Shown here piece after piece: positions 17,911 through 27,334 of a stretch of DNA of 64,000 nucleotides; the stretch's first letter is position 1; the number at the start of each line of letters is the position of its first letter. The translations under genes were made by a program, and so were the position numbers. This stretch comes from an uncultured bacterium (lineage in GTDB: Bacteria > RBG-13-66-14): contig CAZNZF010000004.1 in assembly GCA_964577465.1 (NCBI GenBank), positions 834 to 64,833 on the forward strand, in the 5' to 3' direction. The notes under the pieces were generated by a model that saw only the letters and a program-made list of their open reading frames with translations, did no database searches and was not told the DNA's origin.

Positions 17911-19719
17911 CTAGCCCGTTTTGTACCGATAGTCGGGCAGTATCATGGGGCTCGTCCGGTCGGTCTCGACGCCGGCCTCCTTCAGCTCCCGTTCGTACCT
18001 CTCCACGTGGGCGAGGGTGAGCTCGCCGACCTCGGCGCCACGGGCGAATTTGGCCGCCGCGATGCCCGCGCGGCGCCCGAAGACGGTGATGTCCAACAGG
18101 CTGTTGCCCATCAGCCGGTTGCGCCCGTGTATCCCACCGGCGACCTCGCCGGCGGCGAAGAGCCCCGGGATTTGCGTCGAGGTGTCGGGTTTTATCGCCA
18201 GCCCGCCGTTCTGGTAGTGCAGGGTCGGGTAAACGAGCATCGGCTCCTTGGAGATGTCTATCCCGTGCCGCATGAACTGCTTGTACTTGGCCGGGAGCTC
18301 GTGCTGAATGGTGCCCGGCCCCTGGATGATTTCTATCATGGGCGAATCGAGCCAGACGCCGTGGCGGCCGGTGGGGGTCAGGACTCCCTTGCCGCGTTCC
18401 AGGCACTCGCGCATGAGGGCGGAGGACTCCACGTCGCGGGGCTCCTTGGGGAAGACGAAGTCCTCGCCGTCCCGGTTGACCGGCTCGGCGCCCAGGCCGC
18501 GGACCTTCTCCGTGATTAGGAGCCCTATGTTCTGCTCCGGATACGCCGCCCCGGTGGGATGGTATTGGATGGAGTCCATGAAGCGCAGCCCCACGCCGAC
18601 CCGGTAACCGAGGATGAGCCCGTCGGCGGTGGCGCCGTAGTGGTTGGTGGTCGGGAAGCCCTGGATGTGCAGCCGGCCGATGCCGCCGGTGGCGATGACC
18701 GTGGACTTGGCCCGGACGATTTTGAAGTCGCCGGTCTCCATGTTCTTCATCACGGCGCCGCCGCAGTGCCCCGCGTCGTCCAACAGGAGCTCCACCACGG
18801 GGGAGAACTCCACGACCTCTATCTGCGGGCGGTTGCGTATCTCGTCGCGCAGCACGCGCATTATTTCGGCGCCGGTCATGTCCCCGGCCGAGTGCATGCG
18901 CTTGCGGCTGGTGCCGCCGCCGTGGAGGGTGTACATGACGCCCTCGGCGTCCTTGCCGAACATGACGCCCAGCCGTTCGAGCCACTCGATGACCATCGGC
19001 GCGTCGTTGGTGAGTGCGGCGACCAATTCCCGGTCGTTGGAAAAGTGGCCTCCGCCGACGACGTCGAGGAAGTGGATGACCGGGTTGTCCTGGGGCTTGT
19101 CCGCCGCCTGGATGCCGCCCTCGGCCATGACCGTGTTGGAGTCTCCGTGGCGGAGCTTGGTCACCAGCAGGACCTTGGCCCCCTCCTCCTGGGCTATGAG
19201 CGCGGCCGAGGCCCCCGCCCCTCCGGCCCCGATGACCAGAACGTCGACGTCGTAGTTCGGTTTCCCGAGCTCGATTTGGGCATCGGCCAGGAGGGAGTGG
19301 GCCTCGATGAGGTCGGCGAACTCATCGGGCACCCGCTCACCCCTGTTCACCCCGACGACCAGCGGGCGCATCCCGGTGTCCTTGTAGTCCGGGTGGAACT
19401 TCTTCAGGACGCGCTCCCGCTCCGCCATCGTCATCGGCTTGAAGTAGCCGATGCCGTCGAGCTTCTCCAGTTCCTGGGCGTCGGCGGTGTTGACGTTGGT
19501 CTTGCCCGGCTCGTCGGTGAGGGATACCTGGCCCTTGATGGCCTCGAATATCTCGGCGTCTATGCCGGGCACGCGGGTCAGGTCGCGGATGTCGCGGAAG
19601 GGGCCCTTGTCCTCGCGGTAGGCGACGATGCGCTTGGGCGCCAGGCGCTTGGCGATGCGCTTCTCCCGGGTGGCGGCCACCTTCTCCGCCAGCTCCTTCA
19701 GTTCGGGGGTGTAACCCAT
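17911..19719 (-). CDS. Succinate dehydrogenase / fumarate reductase flavoprotein-like FAD oxidoreductase with an N-terminal helix-hairpin-helix extension
   Basis: GAGGAGASAAL dinucleotide fold. ..GLFAAGEVAGGIHGRNRLMGNSLLDITVFGR.. resembles SdhA/FrdA. The N-terminal ~100 aa have ComEA-like HhH motifs. Start trimmed to ATG (GAGGAG RBS); the ORF begins at a TTG at 19746. Confidence 0.65.
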   Translation of the reverse strand: MGYTPELKELAEKVAATREKRIAKRLAPKRIVAYREDKGPFRDIRDLTRVPGIDAEIFEAIKGQVSLTDEPGKTNVNTADAQELEKLDGIGYFKPMTMAERERVLKKFHPDYKDTGMRPLVVGVNRGERVPDEFADLIEAHSLLADAQIELGKPNYDVDVLVIGAGGAGASAALIAQEEGAKVLLVTKLRHGDSNTVMAEGGIQAADKPQDNPVIHFLDVVGGGHFSNDRELVAALTNDAPMVIEWLERLGVMFGKDAEGVMYTLHGGGTSRKRMHSAGDMTGAEIMRVLRDEIRNRPQIEVVEFSPVVELLLDDAGHCGGAVMKNMETGDFKIVRAKSTVIATGGIGRLHIQGFPTTNHYGATADGLILGYRVGVGLRFMDSIQYHPTGAAYPEQNIGLLITEKVRGLGAEPVNRDGEDFVFPKEPRDVESSALMRECLERGKGVLTPTGRHGVWLDSPMIEIIQGPGTIQHELPAKYKQFMRHGIDISKEPMLVYPTLHYQNGGLAIKPDTSTQIPGLFAAGEVAGGIHGRNRLMGNSLLDITVFGRRAGIAAAKFARGAEVGELTLAHVERYERELKEAGVETDRTSPMILPDYRYKTG

Positions 19720-19795
19720 CGAATACTCCTCTGGGAATCGCTTCAATCGGGGCCGCCCGCGGGCGGGATGACCCCGAGCCGTTTCGGGGGAGGCG

Positions 19796-20494
19796 TCAAT
19801 CGGGTTCGCGGTCGGCCTGGGTCTCCTTGTATCGCCGCGTGAGCTCCTCGTCCTTCGCCTGGATGAGATGGGCCAGCTCCTCGTCGTACCTGCCGTTTTT
19901 TATCTCCTCGACCCGCGCCGTGAGGTCGGGCGCCTTGGGGCGCATGTGGCGCGCGTAGAGGCGCCGGGCGAGGATGCCGATGTTGTACTGCACGTTCTCG
20001 CCGGGACACCGGCTGGCGCACAGCCCGCACATGAGGCACTCGAAGGAGAGCTCGGCCACCCGCTCCAGCTCGCCCTTCATCGCCGCCGACATGTACTCCA
20101 TCACCTCCAGGTCCTGGGGGCAGACCTTCGAGCAGGCGTTGCACCCCATGCAGCGCAGCAACTCCGGGTAGCGCTCGATGAGGGCCTCCGCGGTGGGCTC
20201 CAGCTTCTCGATGTCGTAGGTGGCCTTGTTGGCCGGGTAGAAGGGTATCTGGGCCAGGTACATCTCCGGCTCGACCACGGTCTGGCAGGCGAGGCCGCTC
20301 TTGAGCTTGTAGTCGCCGGCGGTGCGGTACACCGTCCCGCAGGCGCCGCAGATTCCCCCGCGGCAGCCGCAGCCCCGGATGAACTGGTAACCGGAATACT
20401 CTATCGCCTTGAGGATGGTCAGCGTCTCGGGCACCTGGTACTTCTTGCCCATGATGTAGATGTCTATCATCCTCGCTTTGCCCTCTTCACCCAT
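19796..20494 (-). CDS. SdhB/FrdB-like iron-sulfur subunit ([2Fe-2S] plus two [4Fe-4S]/[3Fe-4S] motifs)
   Basis: CGCRGGICGACG, CMGCNACSKVCP and CLMCGLCASRCP. Confidence 0.7.
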   Translation of the reverse strand: MGEEGKARMIDIYIMGKKYQVPETLTILKAIEYSGYQFIRGCGCRGGICGACGTVYRTAGDYKLKSGLACQTVVEPEMYLAQIPFYPANKATYDIEKLEPTAEALIERYPELLRCMGCNACSKVCPQDLEVMEYMSAAMKGELERVAELSFECLMCGLCASRCPGENVQYNIGILARRLYARHMRPKAPDLTARVEEIKNGRYDEELAHLIQAKDEELTRRYKETQADREPD

Positions 20495-20558
20495 GACGTT
20501 GCTCCAGGTTTGGCTTACGGTTGACGACGAAAAGGACCCTCGGCTCGGGAGCCGCGTC

Positions 20559-21029
20559 CTACCAGGCGATGAGGATGCCCAGAAGTACGCCGAACAAAAA
20601 GCCGATGAGCGCGGCGAAGTAGCGGTCGAGCTGGTTGAGGGTCTTGCTCTTGGGCAGGGTTTCCACCACCCGCTTGTCCACGATGTACTGCTTGATGTCC
20701 AGGTCGGTCTGGGGGCAGGCCAGGGCGCAGGAGTAGCACTGCTCGCAGTCCTCGCCCACGATGGACTCCAGCGCCATGGAGGTGCGCTGGGCCGTGCGTT
20801 CCAGCCGCTCCGGCTCGCGCCGCAGCACCGGGCAGGAATCCACGCAGTTGCCGCAGGCGATGCACCCCTTGTCCGAGGCGAGGTCCCGGCCCTCGGAGTG
20901 GAGGCGGTTGTAAAGCTCCATGCCGGTGGACAGGAGCCTGGTCCGCGCCACCGGGGGCTCCTTCATGTCGAAGATGCGGTCCAGGGTCCGCTGGATTTGT
21001 TTCAGGTCGCGCTCTTTGGTGGCTGGCAT
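20559..21029 (-). CDS. Di-cluster [4Fe-4S] ferredoxin with a C-terminal transmembrane anchor
   Basis: CIACGNCVDSCP and CEQCYSCALACP, followed by a hydrophobic tail FAALIGFLFGVLLGILIAW. Confidence 0.6.
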   Translation of the reverse strand: MPATKERDLKQIQRTLDRIFDMKEPPVARTRLLSTGMELYNRLHSEGRDLASDKGCIACGNCVDSCPVLRREPERLERTAQRTSMALESIVGEDCEQCYSCALACPQTDLDIKQYIVDKRVVETLPKSKTLNQLDRYFAALIGFLFGVLLGILIAW

Positions 21030-21071
21030 GTTCGTTGACCGTCGGATGACGCCCCGCGGGGCGTGTGTTTG

Positions 21072-21818
21072 TTACGGCGCCAGGGCCGCGGCGAGGTCCG
21101 TGGAGAACCGGCCCAGGCAGTCGTTGGTCGCGGCGGAGACGACCCGGTTGTACGCCTCCAGGTCCGCGTCCTCGGCGTAGCCGGAGTATGTGCCGCTCAT
21201 GACCGTCCGCCCCCCGGCGTCGGTGAGCGCGTAGTCTATGTCCACCTCGGCGGCCAGGTACTCGCCGGCGAAACCGCCGATGGTTCCCGCCGTCGTGGCC
21301 GCGGCCCCCCCGCCCAGGGTCCACCAAATCCAGGCCGGGAAGCCGACCTCGGAGCAGGTGGCGAGGTTGGCGATGATGTAGACGCCCAGAGCGCCCATCC
21401 CGACGACGAAGGCGACGGAACCGGCGATGGCCAGGATTATCCAGCCCGTCGGCGTGCGGACCGCCAGACAGAAGCCGGTCAGGTTGCCCTTCAGGACGTA
21501 GTCGCCTTCCTCCGAGATGGATACCGCGCCGAAGAGGCGGCCGGCTTTCAGGTAATCCGCCGTGGCCAAGGTCAGGTACTCCTCGAGGTTCTCCACGTGG
21601 GGCGGCGGCGGGGTGATGATTTCGCCCATGTCCCGGCCGTACTTGGTCGGGCCGGTGACGATGAGCGACTCGACCCGCAGGGTGCCGGGGATGGACACCG
21701 CGCCCGGTTTCGCCGTCGGGACGAAGCCCGTTATCCTCTGGTACTGCGTCGCGCACGAGGTCACCAGAAACACGTAGAGCATCGCCGTGCACACCGCGCG
21801 CAGAAATGCTTTCCGCAT
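21072..21818 (-). CDS. Lipoprotein with C-terminal TM helices, hypothetical
   Basis: Trimmed to MRKAFLRAVCTAMLYVFLVTSC (GGAGG RBS). Gly-rich TM region near the C-terminus. Confidence 0.5.
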   Translation of the reverse strand: MRKAFLRAVCTAMLYVFLVTSCATQYQRITGFVPTAKPGAVSIPGTLRVESLIVTGPTKYGRDMGEIITPPPPHVENLEEYLTLATADYLKAGRLFGAVSISEEGDYVLKGNLTGFCLAVRTPTGWIILAIAGSVAFVVGMGALGVYIIANLATCSEVGFPAWIWWTLGGGAAATTAGTIGGFAGEYLAAEVDIDYALTDAGGRTVMSGTYSGYAEDADLEAYNRVVSAATNDCLGRFSTDLAAALAP

Positions 21819-22032
21819 TACGTCACCCTCCCCGGACCGGTCAATCTTTCGGCTGACGCGCGAGCCCCCGACCAACGGGATTTAAACCGTAAACCGCCGT
21901 ATTCTCCGCGTACCTGCCGGCCGGCCGACGGCTATTGCCATGCTACCAGATGACGCCCCCCGGCGGAACCCCCGTCGTCGGGCCTCGTTTGTCGAAAAAA
22001 ACCACCGGTGTCGCGACCCGCTCAGGTTCCAT

Positions 22033-23163
22033 TTACATTCCGCCGGACCCGCCGGCCACCTTGCGCGCCAGGCGGTTGACCACCTCGGAGAGGTCCTCCA
22101 CCGCCCCGGTATGCTCCGCCGTCTCGTTCAGCACGACCTGGGCGTCCGACACGTCCACCCCGCGCACGGACAGGATGTACTTGGAGCCCAGCTTCGAGAG
22201 CGAGCCGATGAGGATGACCTCGACGTCCAGAATCTGGCCGGCGGTTACGGCGCACTCCACGTCGGTGCAGCCCGACAGGACGAAGCCCTGCTCCTCGAAG
22301 ATTTCCCCCATGCGGCTGCGCTCGATGACGACGAAGCGCCGGGTGTTGAACAGGGCGGAGCGGAATAGCTCGCTCACCGTGGCCGCCTCGGATTCGGGGA
22401 CGCCGATGGGCTCGAAGTCCAGGATGGCGATGCGGGTCGCCTCGCTCAGATGGGCGCCGGCCCCGCCCCCCGGGGCGAAGTCCAGGTCGCGGACCACCGG
22501 GGTCAGCATGGTGAAGGCGCCGTCGAGGGCCTCGTTGACGGCCTGGCGCATCGCCTCGTCGAAGCCTTCGCCGTCCTCGGAGCGGCCCCGGCCGTAGAAC
22601 GTCCCCTCGTAGAAGGTCTCCCGGGTGTAGGGGTCGAGGAGCTCGACGTCCAGCTCCAACTCAGCCTTGACATAGGGAATTAAAAGCCCGGGCACGAGGC
22701 AGGCGGTGGAGAGACCGAGATAGACGGGCCAGGTTTTATGTAGCTCATTATCGGTCGGCTGAGCCAGGCTCATGACCGCGCCGGCTCCGTAAATGCCGCC
22801 GCATATATCCAGAACCAGCCCCCAGCCCTCGTTCTCCTGTTCGCAGTTGAAGCTGCGCAGGTCCAGCTTCAGGACCAGGTCGGATTCGCCGCTGTTGACG
22901 ATTTCCGAGAACAGCTCCTTTTCGAAGGCGTAGTACTTGCACGACTCGGTGAGGTAGTCGGTCAGGTTGGGGAACCGGGTGTCAGTGGTGAACGTGCCGT
23001 GGAGGTTGACCGGCTCGATGAAAACCGTGTAGGGCGTGGGTTCCTCTTCGGGTTTGGCCGTGGGCCGGTACTGGCTTAAGGTGTGCACCTCGACGGAGCA
23101 GCCCGCGACGAGAACGCCGAGCATAAGCGGAACGATGACAAACCTGAAATTCTTCTTCGACAT
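22033..23163 (-). CDS. Lipoprotein with a C-terminal CsgG/LpoB/TolB-N-like domain
   Basis: MSKKNFRFVIVPLMLGVLVAGC lipobox. C-terminal ..RIAILDFEPIG...RFVVIERSRMGEIFEEQGF...ILIGSLSKLGSKYILSVRGVDVSD.. follows the pattern of CsgG-like periplasmic domains. Confidence 0.45.
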   Translation of the reverse strand: MSKKNFRFVIVPLMLGVLVAGCSVEVHTLSQYRPTAKPEEEPTPYTVFIEPVNLHGTFTTDTRFPNLTDYLTESCKYYAFEKELFSEIVNSGESDLVLKLDLRSFNCEQENEGWGLVLDICGGIYGAGAVMSLAQPTDNELHKTWPVYLGLSTACLVPGLLIPYVKAELELDVELLDPYTRETFYEGTFYGRGRSEDGEGFDEAMRQAVNEALDGAFTMLTPVVRDLDFAPGGGAGAHLSEATRIAILDFEPIGVPESEAATVSELFRSALFNTRRFVVIERSRMGEIFEEQGFVLSGCTDVECAVTAGQILDVEVILIGSLSKLGSKYILSVRGVDVSDAQVVLNETAEHTGAVEDLSEVVNRLARKVAGGSGGM

Positions 23164-23291
23164 GGGTCCCCTCCCGGATAATTAAGCGATTTCCAGTGAA
23201 TGAACTTGACGTGAATTTTATCCCGGCCGGCCCGAATCGGAGGTGCCCGGCCGTTTCATACAGCTTATTTCCGTGCGCGGTGCCCGGCGCC

Positions 23292-24272
23292 TTAGAGCTC
23301 GAAGAGGCTCCGCTTGGCGGCGATGGCCTTCCCCGCCATGGAGACGGCGCTGATGCCGTTGGGGCAGCGCGCGGCGCAACGGGCGCAGCCCACGCAGTAC
23401 TTGGCCAGCTCCTCCACCCGGGCGTAGTTGCCCAGCCGCGTCTCCAGCACCATGGTCATCGGCAGCGGCACGTCGTCCTCCACCCGTCCCACGGGACACA
23501 CGCCGACGCAGGCCTGGCAGTTGTAGCAGTTCAGGCTCTCGCCGGTGTTGCGGACCACGACGCCGGAGATCATGAAGTCCAGCATGAAGATGATGCCGAA
23601 GATGATGCAGAGCTGGAAGAGGGTCTCGCGGGATACGTCTCCCACGGTGAGCCACTGCAGCGCCAGGATGGGCCAGGGCTGCTCCCCGGCGCCCCCGGCC
23701 TCGGCCAGCGCCTCCCGGCTGGCCGCGACGATGCCGTTGGTGGTGAAGGTGGCTCCGGAAATCGCGTCTACCTCCAGGCTCCTCGACGACGCGATGGCGG
23801 CGGGAACCTCGACCAGGGACCGTTCCACCGCGGGCCGGCCCCCGCTCTCCGACTGCGAGGTGACGGAAAGCTCGAGCGAACCGTCCTGCCCCACCACCGC
23901 CGTGACCTCGAGGGGCTCGACGGTGTTCTTCCCCACCCCGTGGCCGGTGTAGGTGCCGGGCTGGAGGGCATCGAAATCGATGCGCTCGGCGACCGTCAGG
24001 ACGTAACCCGCGGCCATGAAAAGCGTCGGAACCCCCAGGATGAGAAGCACCAGGACGAGGCGGTTCCTCTTCGCCCACCGGGAGGCGGGCCCCACGACGA
24101 GGAAGCTCGCGCCCAGAATCACGAGAAGGATCAAGCGGGAGGCGGGGAAGAATACCGCGATGAGGATGGTGGCGATGGCGATGCGCCAGGGGCGGCTCGG
24201 CATGAGCTTCCCCACCAGCGCCTTCCCCCTCCCGGGCGCTACACCGGCCGTGGTCGCCCTAGCGGACGGCAA
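23292..24272 (-). CDS. Membrane protein with an FMN-binding domain (flavinylation-type SGAT motif) and a C-terminal 2x[4Fe-4S] ferredoxin domain (mini NosR-like)
   Basis: TM helices. ISGATFTTNGIVAAS is an FMN_bind-like domain. CYNCQACVGVCP and CVGCARCAARCP. The true start may be an internal Met (~24203). Confidence 0.55.
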   Translation of the reverse strand: MPSARATTAGVAPGRGKALVGKLMPSRPWRIAIATILIAVFFPASRLILLVILGASFLVVGPASRWAKRNRLVLVLLILGVPTLFMAAGYVLTVAERIDFDALQPGTYTGHGVGKNTVEPLEVTAVVGQDGSLELSVTSQSESGGRPAVERSLVEVPAAIASSRSLEVDAISGATFTTNGIVAASREALAEAGGAGEQPWPILALQWLTVGDVSRETLFQLCIIFGIIFMLDFMISGVVVRNTGESLNCYNCQACVGVCPVGRVEDDVPLPMTMVLETRLGNYARVEELAKYCVGCARCAARCPNGISAVSMAGKAIAAKRSLFEL

Positions 24273-24903
24273 CGTTCACCTCCCTCTCCTTGATGATGCC
24301 CTGCATCTCGTTGTAGAGCTTGAGAACCTTCTCGTAGCCCGGTTTGGAGTACCGGGCGAGGGCGGCCGCCTCCGTCAAGGGCTCCCGGCTCTGCGGGTCC
24401 ACGAAGCCCTCGTTCAGGACGAGCCCGGCATCAATCTTGCCCGAGGCCAGGGCCTCCAGCGTCAGCTCCTGCATCCGGGCCGCCAGCTCGGGGATGTTGA
24501 TTTCCAGGATGCACCACTTGGTGCAGTTGCCGCACTGGGTGCAGCGCAGCCCGCCCTGGCGGATGAACCGCTCGTAGTCGGCCGTCCGCGACGCGACGAC
24601 CATCTCCACCGGGTAGATGTACTCGGGGCAGTTCTGCCCCTCGGGCTGAGACAAGACGCGCATGCAGGCGCGGTCCTCCAGGCAGTAAACCGAGTAGCCG
24701 GTGCCGGAGAATATCGCCTTGAAGATGATGAAGGCCAGGCTGAGGGCGATGATGACCATGGCGATGCGGTTGAGGTTCTTGGTGAGCATCCGGTGCTGGG
24801 ACTTGGAGATGAACTGGTAGCGCCGGACGCCGGGCAGAACCTCGATTTCCTCCCGGGGTGGGCCGTAAACGAGCCGCTCGTCTTTGTCGTTCTTTTTTGC
24901 CAT
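24259..24903 (-). CDS. Single-pass membrane ferredoxin-like protein
   Basis: One TM helix, then CLEDRAC...NCPEY and CTQCGNCTKWC Cys motifs. Overlaps the downstream gene by 14 nt (operon). Confidence 0.45.
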   Translation of the reverse strand: MAKKNDKDERLVYGPPREEIEVLPGVRRYQFISKSQHRMLTKNLNRIAMVIIALSLAFIIFKAIFSGTGYSVYCLEDRACMRVLSQPEGQNCPEYIYPVEMVVASRTADYERFIRQGGLRCTQCGNCTKWCILEINIPELAARMQELTLEALASGKIDAGLVLNEGFVDPQSREPLTEAAALARYSKPGYEKVLKLYNEMQGIIKEREVNVAVR

Positions 24904-24939
24904 TTTTAAATCACACCCGCGCCCTGGACCGGGTGGAGG

Positions 24940-25106
24940 TCAGGTAATCATGTACAGAATCGCCGCGATGATTCCGCCCAGGGCCCCCTGCAGGAGGCCC
25001 TTGCGCGTGCGGAAATCCATGGCGTACGCGATGACCGCCCCGGAGAATGCGCCGCCGAGGAGAAAGACGATCCAGGTTAAAAATGCGCCGGGTTCCAGCG
25101 TTCCCC
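24940..25106 (-). pseudogene. Orphan duplicate of the C-terminal ~50-aa module of the upstream membrane protein, with no canonical start codon
   Basis: Reads ..AFLTWIVFLLGGAFSGAVIAYAMDFRTRKGLLQGALGGIIAAILYMIT*, paralogous to ..ATWITFLVGGAFSGMVITFSL...LLQGAFGGIIAGALLLVT* at the end of 25107..26879. Lies in a different frame, immediately after that gene's stop. Confidence 0.4.
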
Positions 25107-26879
25107 CTAGGTCACTAGGAGCAGGGCTCCGGCGATGATCCCGCCGAAGGCCCCCTGCAGGAGGTAGGCGAGGAGGGGTCCGGAGCTGACGAAGCCCGAG
25201 GCCTGGTCGGGCCAGAACAGGGAGAAGGTGATGACCATGCCGGAGAAGGCGCCGCCCACCAGGAACGTTATCCAGGTGGCCAGGTTTTTCTCCTTCTCCT
25301 GGGTCGGCGTGCGTCGCTTCTTGAACGTGGCGGGATTGATGAACTTTATCATTCCCAGGTTGAGCACGAACAGGCCGGCGAGCAGGCCGAAAAAGATGAG
25401 CAGGTTCTCCAGGCGGAAGGGGTTGTGGGTGAGCACCAGGAATCGCATCACCAGCGCCGCCAGGGGGGTCATGGCCGCCATGATGCCGTAGCTCTGGGCG
25501 TTGCGCAGGTATCCGATATCGGAGCGCACCATCCCCTCGGAGATGGTGCCGATGCCGCCGATGGGACTCGGACCGCAGCTCGCCGCCGCGTTCACGATGA
25601 AGGCGGCCAGCACGATGGCCAGCTGGTTGTAGGTCAGAAGGCCCGAGGCGTTGGGCATCCAGCCGGTGGCCGGCCCCATGGCCACCACGATGGGGAGCAG
25701 CGCCGCCGCCAGAATCCGCCCGCAGGGCATGGGCATGATGGTCTCGAGCTGGACGAAGAGGGCTATCATACCCGCCACGCCCAGGCCGACCCCCGCGACC
25801 TTGAACTCCGACAGCCAGACGAGCACCTGGCTCAGGGCCTTGAACCCACCCGAGACCGCCAGCGAGCCGGCCATCAGGAATCCGGCCACCAGGGCGGTGA
25901 TGGGGTGGAGGATTATCCCGGCGATGACTTGACGGATGGAGAGCCGGGCGATGAGCATGATGACGACCGTGGCCACCAACAGGGTGGTGGTGATGGGGGT
26001 CTTGCCGAAGAGCCCGAAGACCGCCCCGATGAGGGCCACCAGGAAGATGCCCAGGGAGATGTAGCCGACGAGGGGCGCCTTGAACTTCCGGGCGATGACC
26101 TCCTCTTCGTGCGCGCGGGCCAGGCTCTCGTCGGAGGTCGAGGCGGCGCCACCGCTCACCGCGAGCTGACGACCCTCGGTGAGCCGGATTTTCTCCTCCA
26201 TGTCGAACTTGGTAACGAAGAGGCTGATGAAGAGCGCGGTGAAGGCGGTGCCGATCATGATGCCGAATTCCTGGGCGCTGGTCAGGAATCCGAGCTGCTG
26301 GAGGAAGCCCTCGCCGATTTGCCCGATGCCGCCGATCTGGCTGGGTCCGCAACTGGCCGCGGCGTTGACCGCCAGCGCGGTGACCAGAACCACCATCTGT
26401 TTCTTCGTTATCAGTCGCACGCCCTCGGGGCCGAGGGTGATGATGACGGGCAGGAGCGCCGCCGCCTGAATCCGTCCGCAGGGCATGGCGAAAATGGTGG
26501 CGAACTGGGCGATGAAAACCATCGTGCCCGCCATGCCGAGAGGGGTGCCGCGCATCTTGTTGATGACGACGCGCAGCGCGGCGAAGCCCCCGGAGCCTTC
26601 CAAGGCGCCGGCGACCAGGAACCCGCCGGCCATGGCCATGATGGGCAGGAGGATGACGTTGGACCCCACCGCCGAGCCCAGGGAGAGCATCTCGGAGAGG
26701 GACCCGCCGTCCAGCCAGATCGCCAGGGCGGTCATGACGATGTTGACCAGCGCCCCGACTATGAGCAGCGACTGAAGCGGTATCGGAATCAGCCGTCGTC
26801 CGCCCACCATGATGAGCGGGCCCAGGACGGTGAAGACGAAGACGAGAAGACTCAGGATGCCGACAATCTCGTGGGCCAA
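25107..26879 (-). CDS. Large polytopic membrane protein with internal tandem duplication (transporter-like, family not identified)
   Basis: 590 aa. Two homologous halves, each with MPCGRI..AALLP and NAAASCGPSxIGGIG motifs. The overlapping alternate-frame ORF 24940..26904 is rejected. Confidence 0.55.
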   Translation of the reverse strand: MAHEIVGILSLLVFVFTVLGPLIMVGGRRLIPIPLQSLLIVGALVNIVMTALAIWLDGGSLSEMLSLGSAVGSNVILLPIMAMAGGFLVAGALEGSGGFAALRVVINKMRGTPLGMAGTMVFIAQFATIFAMPCGRIQAAALLPVIITLGPEGVRLITKKQMVVLVTALAVNAAASCGPSQIGGIGQIGEGFLQQLGFLTSAQEFGIMIGTAFTALFISLFVTKFDMEEKIRLTEGRQLAVSGGAASTSDESLARAHEEEVIARKFKAPLVGYISLGIFLVALIGAVFGLFGKTPITTTLLVATVVIMLIARLSIRQVIAGIILHPITALVAGFLMAGSLAVSGGFKALSQVLVWLSEFKVAGVGLGVAGMIALFVQLETIMPMPCGRILAAALLPIVVAMGPATGWMPNASGLLTYNQLAIVLAAFIVNAAASCGPSPIGGIGTISEGMVRSDIGYLRNAQSYGIMAAMTPLAALVMRFLVLTHNPFRLENLLIFFGLLAGLFVLNLGMIKFINPATFKKRRTPTQEKEKNLATWITFLVGGAFSGMVITFSLFWPDQASGFVSSGPLLAYLLQGAFGGIIAGALLLVT

Positions 26880-26930
26880 AAATGCTCCAACGCAGGTTGT
26901 TCAATCCGCCCGGATGAGCTCAGCAATCCG

Positions 26931-27314
26931 TTAGGGTGTACTTCCGGGACCCGGAGCCAGCAGCTTCTCGATGCGCTTGACCACGTCGAGGGGGTTGAAC
27001 GGCTTGGTCACGTGCAGCGCGATGCCGATCTCCCGGCTGATTCTCTTGTAGAGCGGTCCCGAGTGACCCGTGATTATGGCGACGGGGGTCGACGACAGAA
27101 GCTCGTCGGCCATCAGGTCGTGGTACAGCTTGTAGCCGTCCAGGCCCGGCATAAGGAGGTCCAGGATGATGACGTCGGGCCGTTCCCGCATCGCCGCGGA
27201 GAGGACGGTGGCGGGATCGGAGAGGGAGATGGTTTCATGCCCCCGGCTCTTGAAGGCGAGTCCCAGCGTCTCGACGATGTGCCGTTCGTCGTCCACGATC
27301 ATGATTCGGGCCAT
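26931..27314 (-). CDS. Stand-alone response-regulator receiver (CheY-like)
   Basis: MIVDDERHIVETL.. with an acceptor Asp in ..VIILDLLMPGLDG.. and ..TKPF... Confidence 0.8.
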   Translation of the reverse strand: MARIMIVDDERHIVETLGLAFKSRGHETISLSDPATVLSAAMRERPDVIILDLLMPGLDGYKLYHDLMADELLSSTPVAIITGHSGPLYKRISREIGIALHVTKPFNPLDVVKRIEKLLAPGPGSTP

Positions 27315-27334
27315 TTAGGATGCCTCCCGGCACA

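Noticed and set aside
15287-21029. Interpreting cytochrome b, the c-type cytochrome, the propellers and the Sdh-like genes as one contiguous respiratory supercomplex operon.
   Set aside because: Co-directionality alone is weak evidence. Palindromic elements and gaps of 45-80 nt separate the groups, so I report them as separate observations.
24940-26904. 654-aa ORF in an alternate frame on the same strand as the 590-aa membrane protein.
   Set aside because: The product is Arg/Gly/Pro-rich low complexity, except for its last ~50 residues, which I report separately as a duplicated module. The 25107..26879 frame encodes a coherent polytopic membrane protein.
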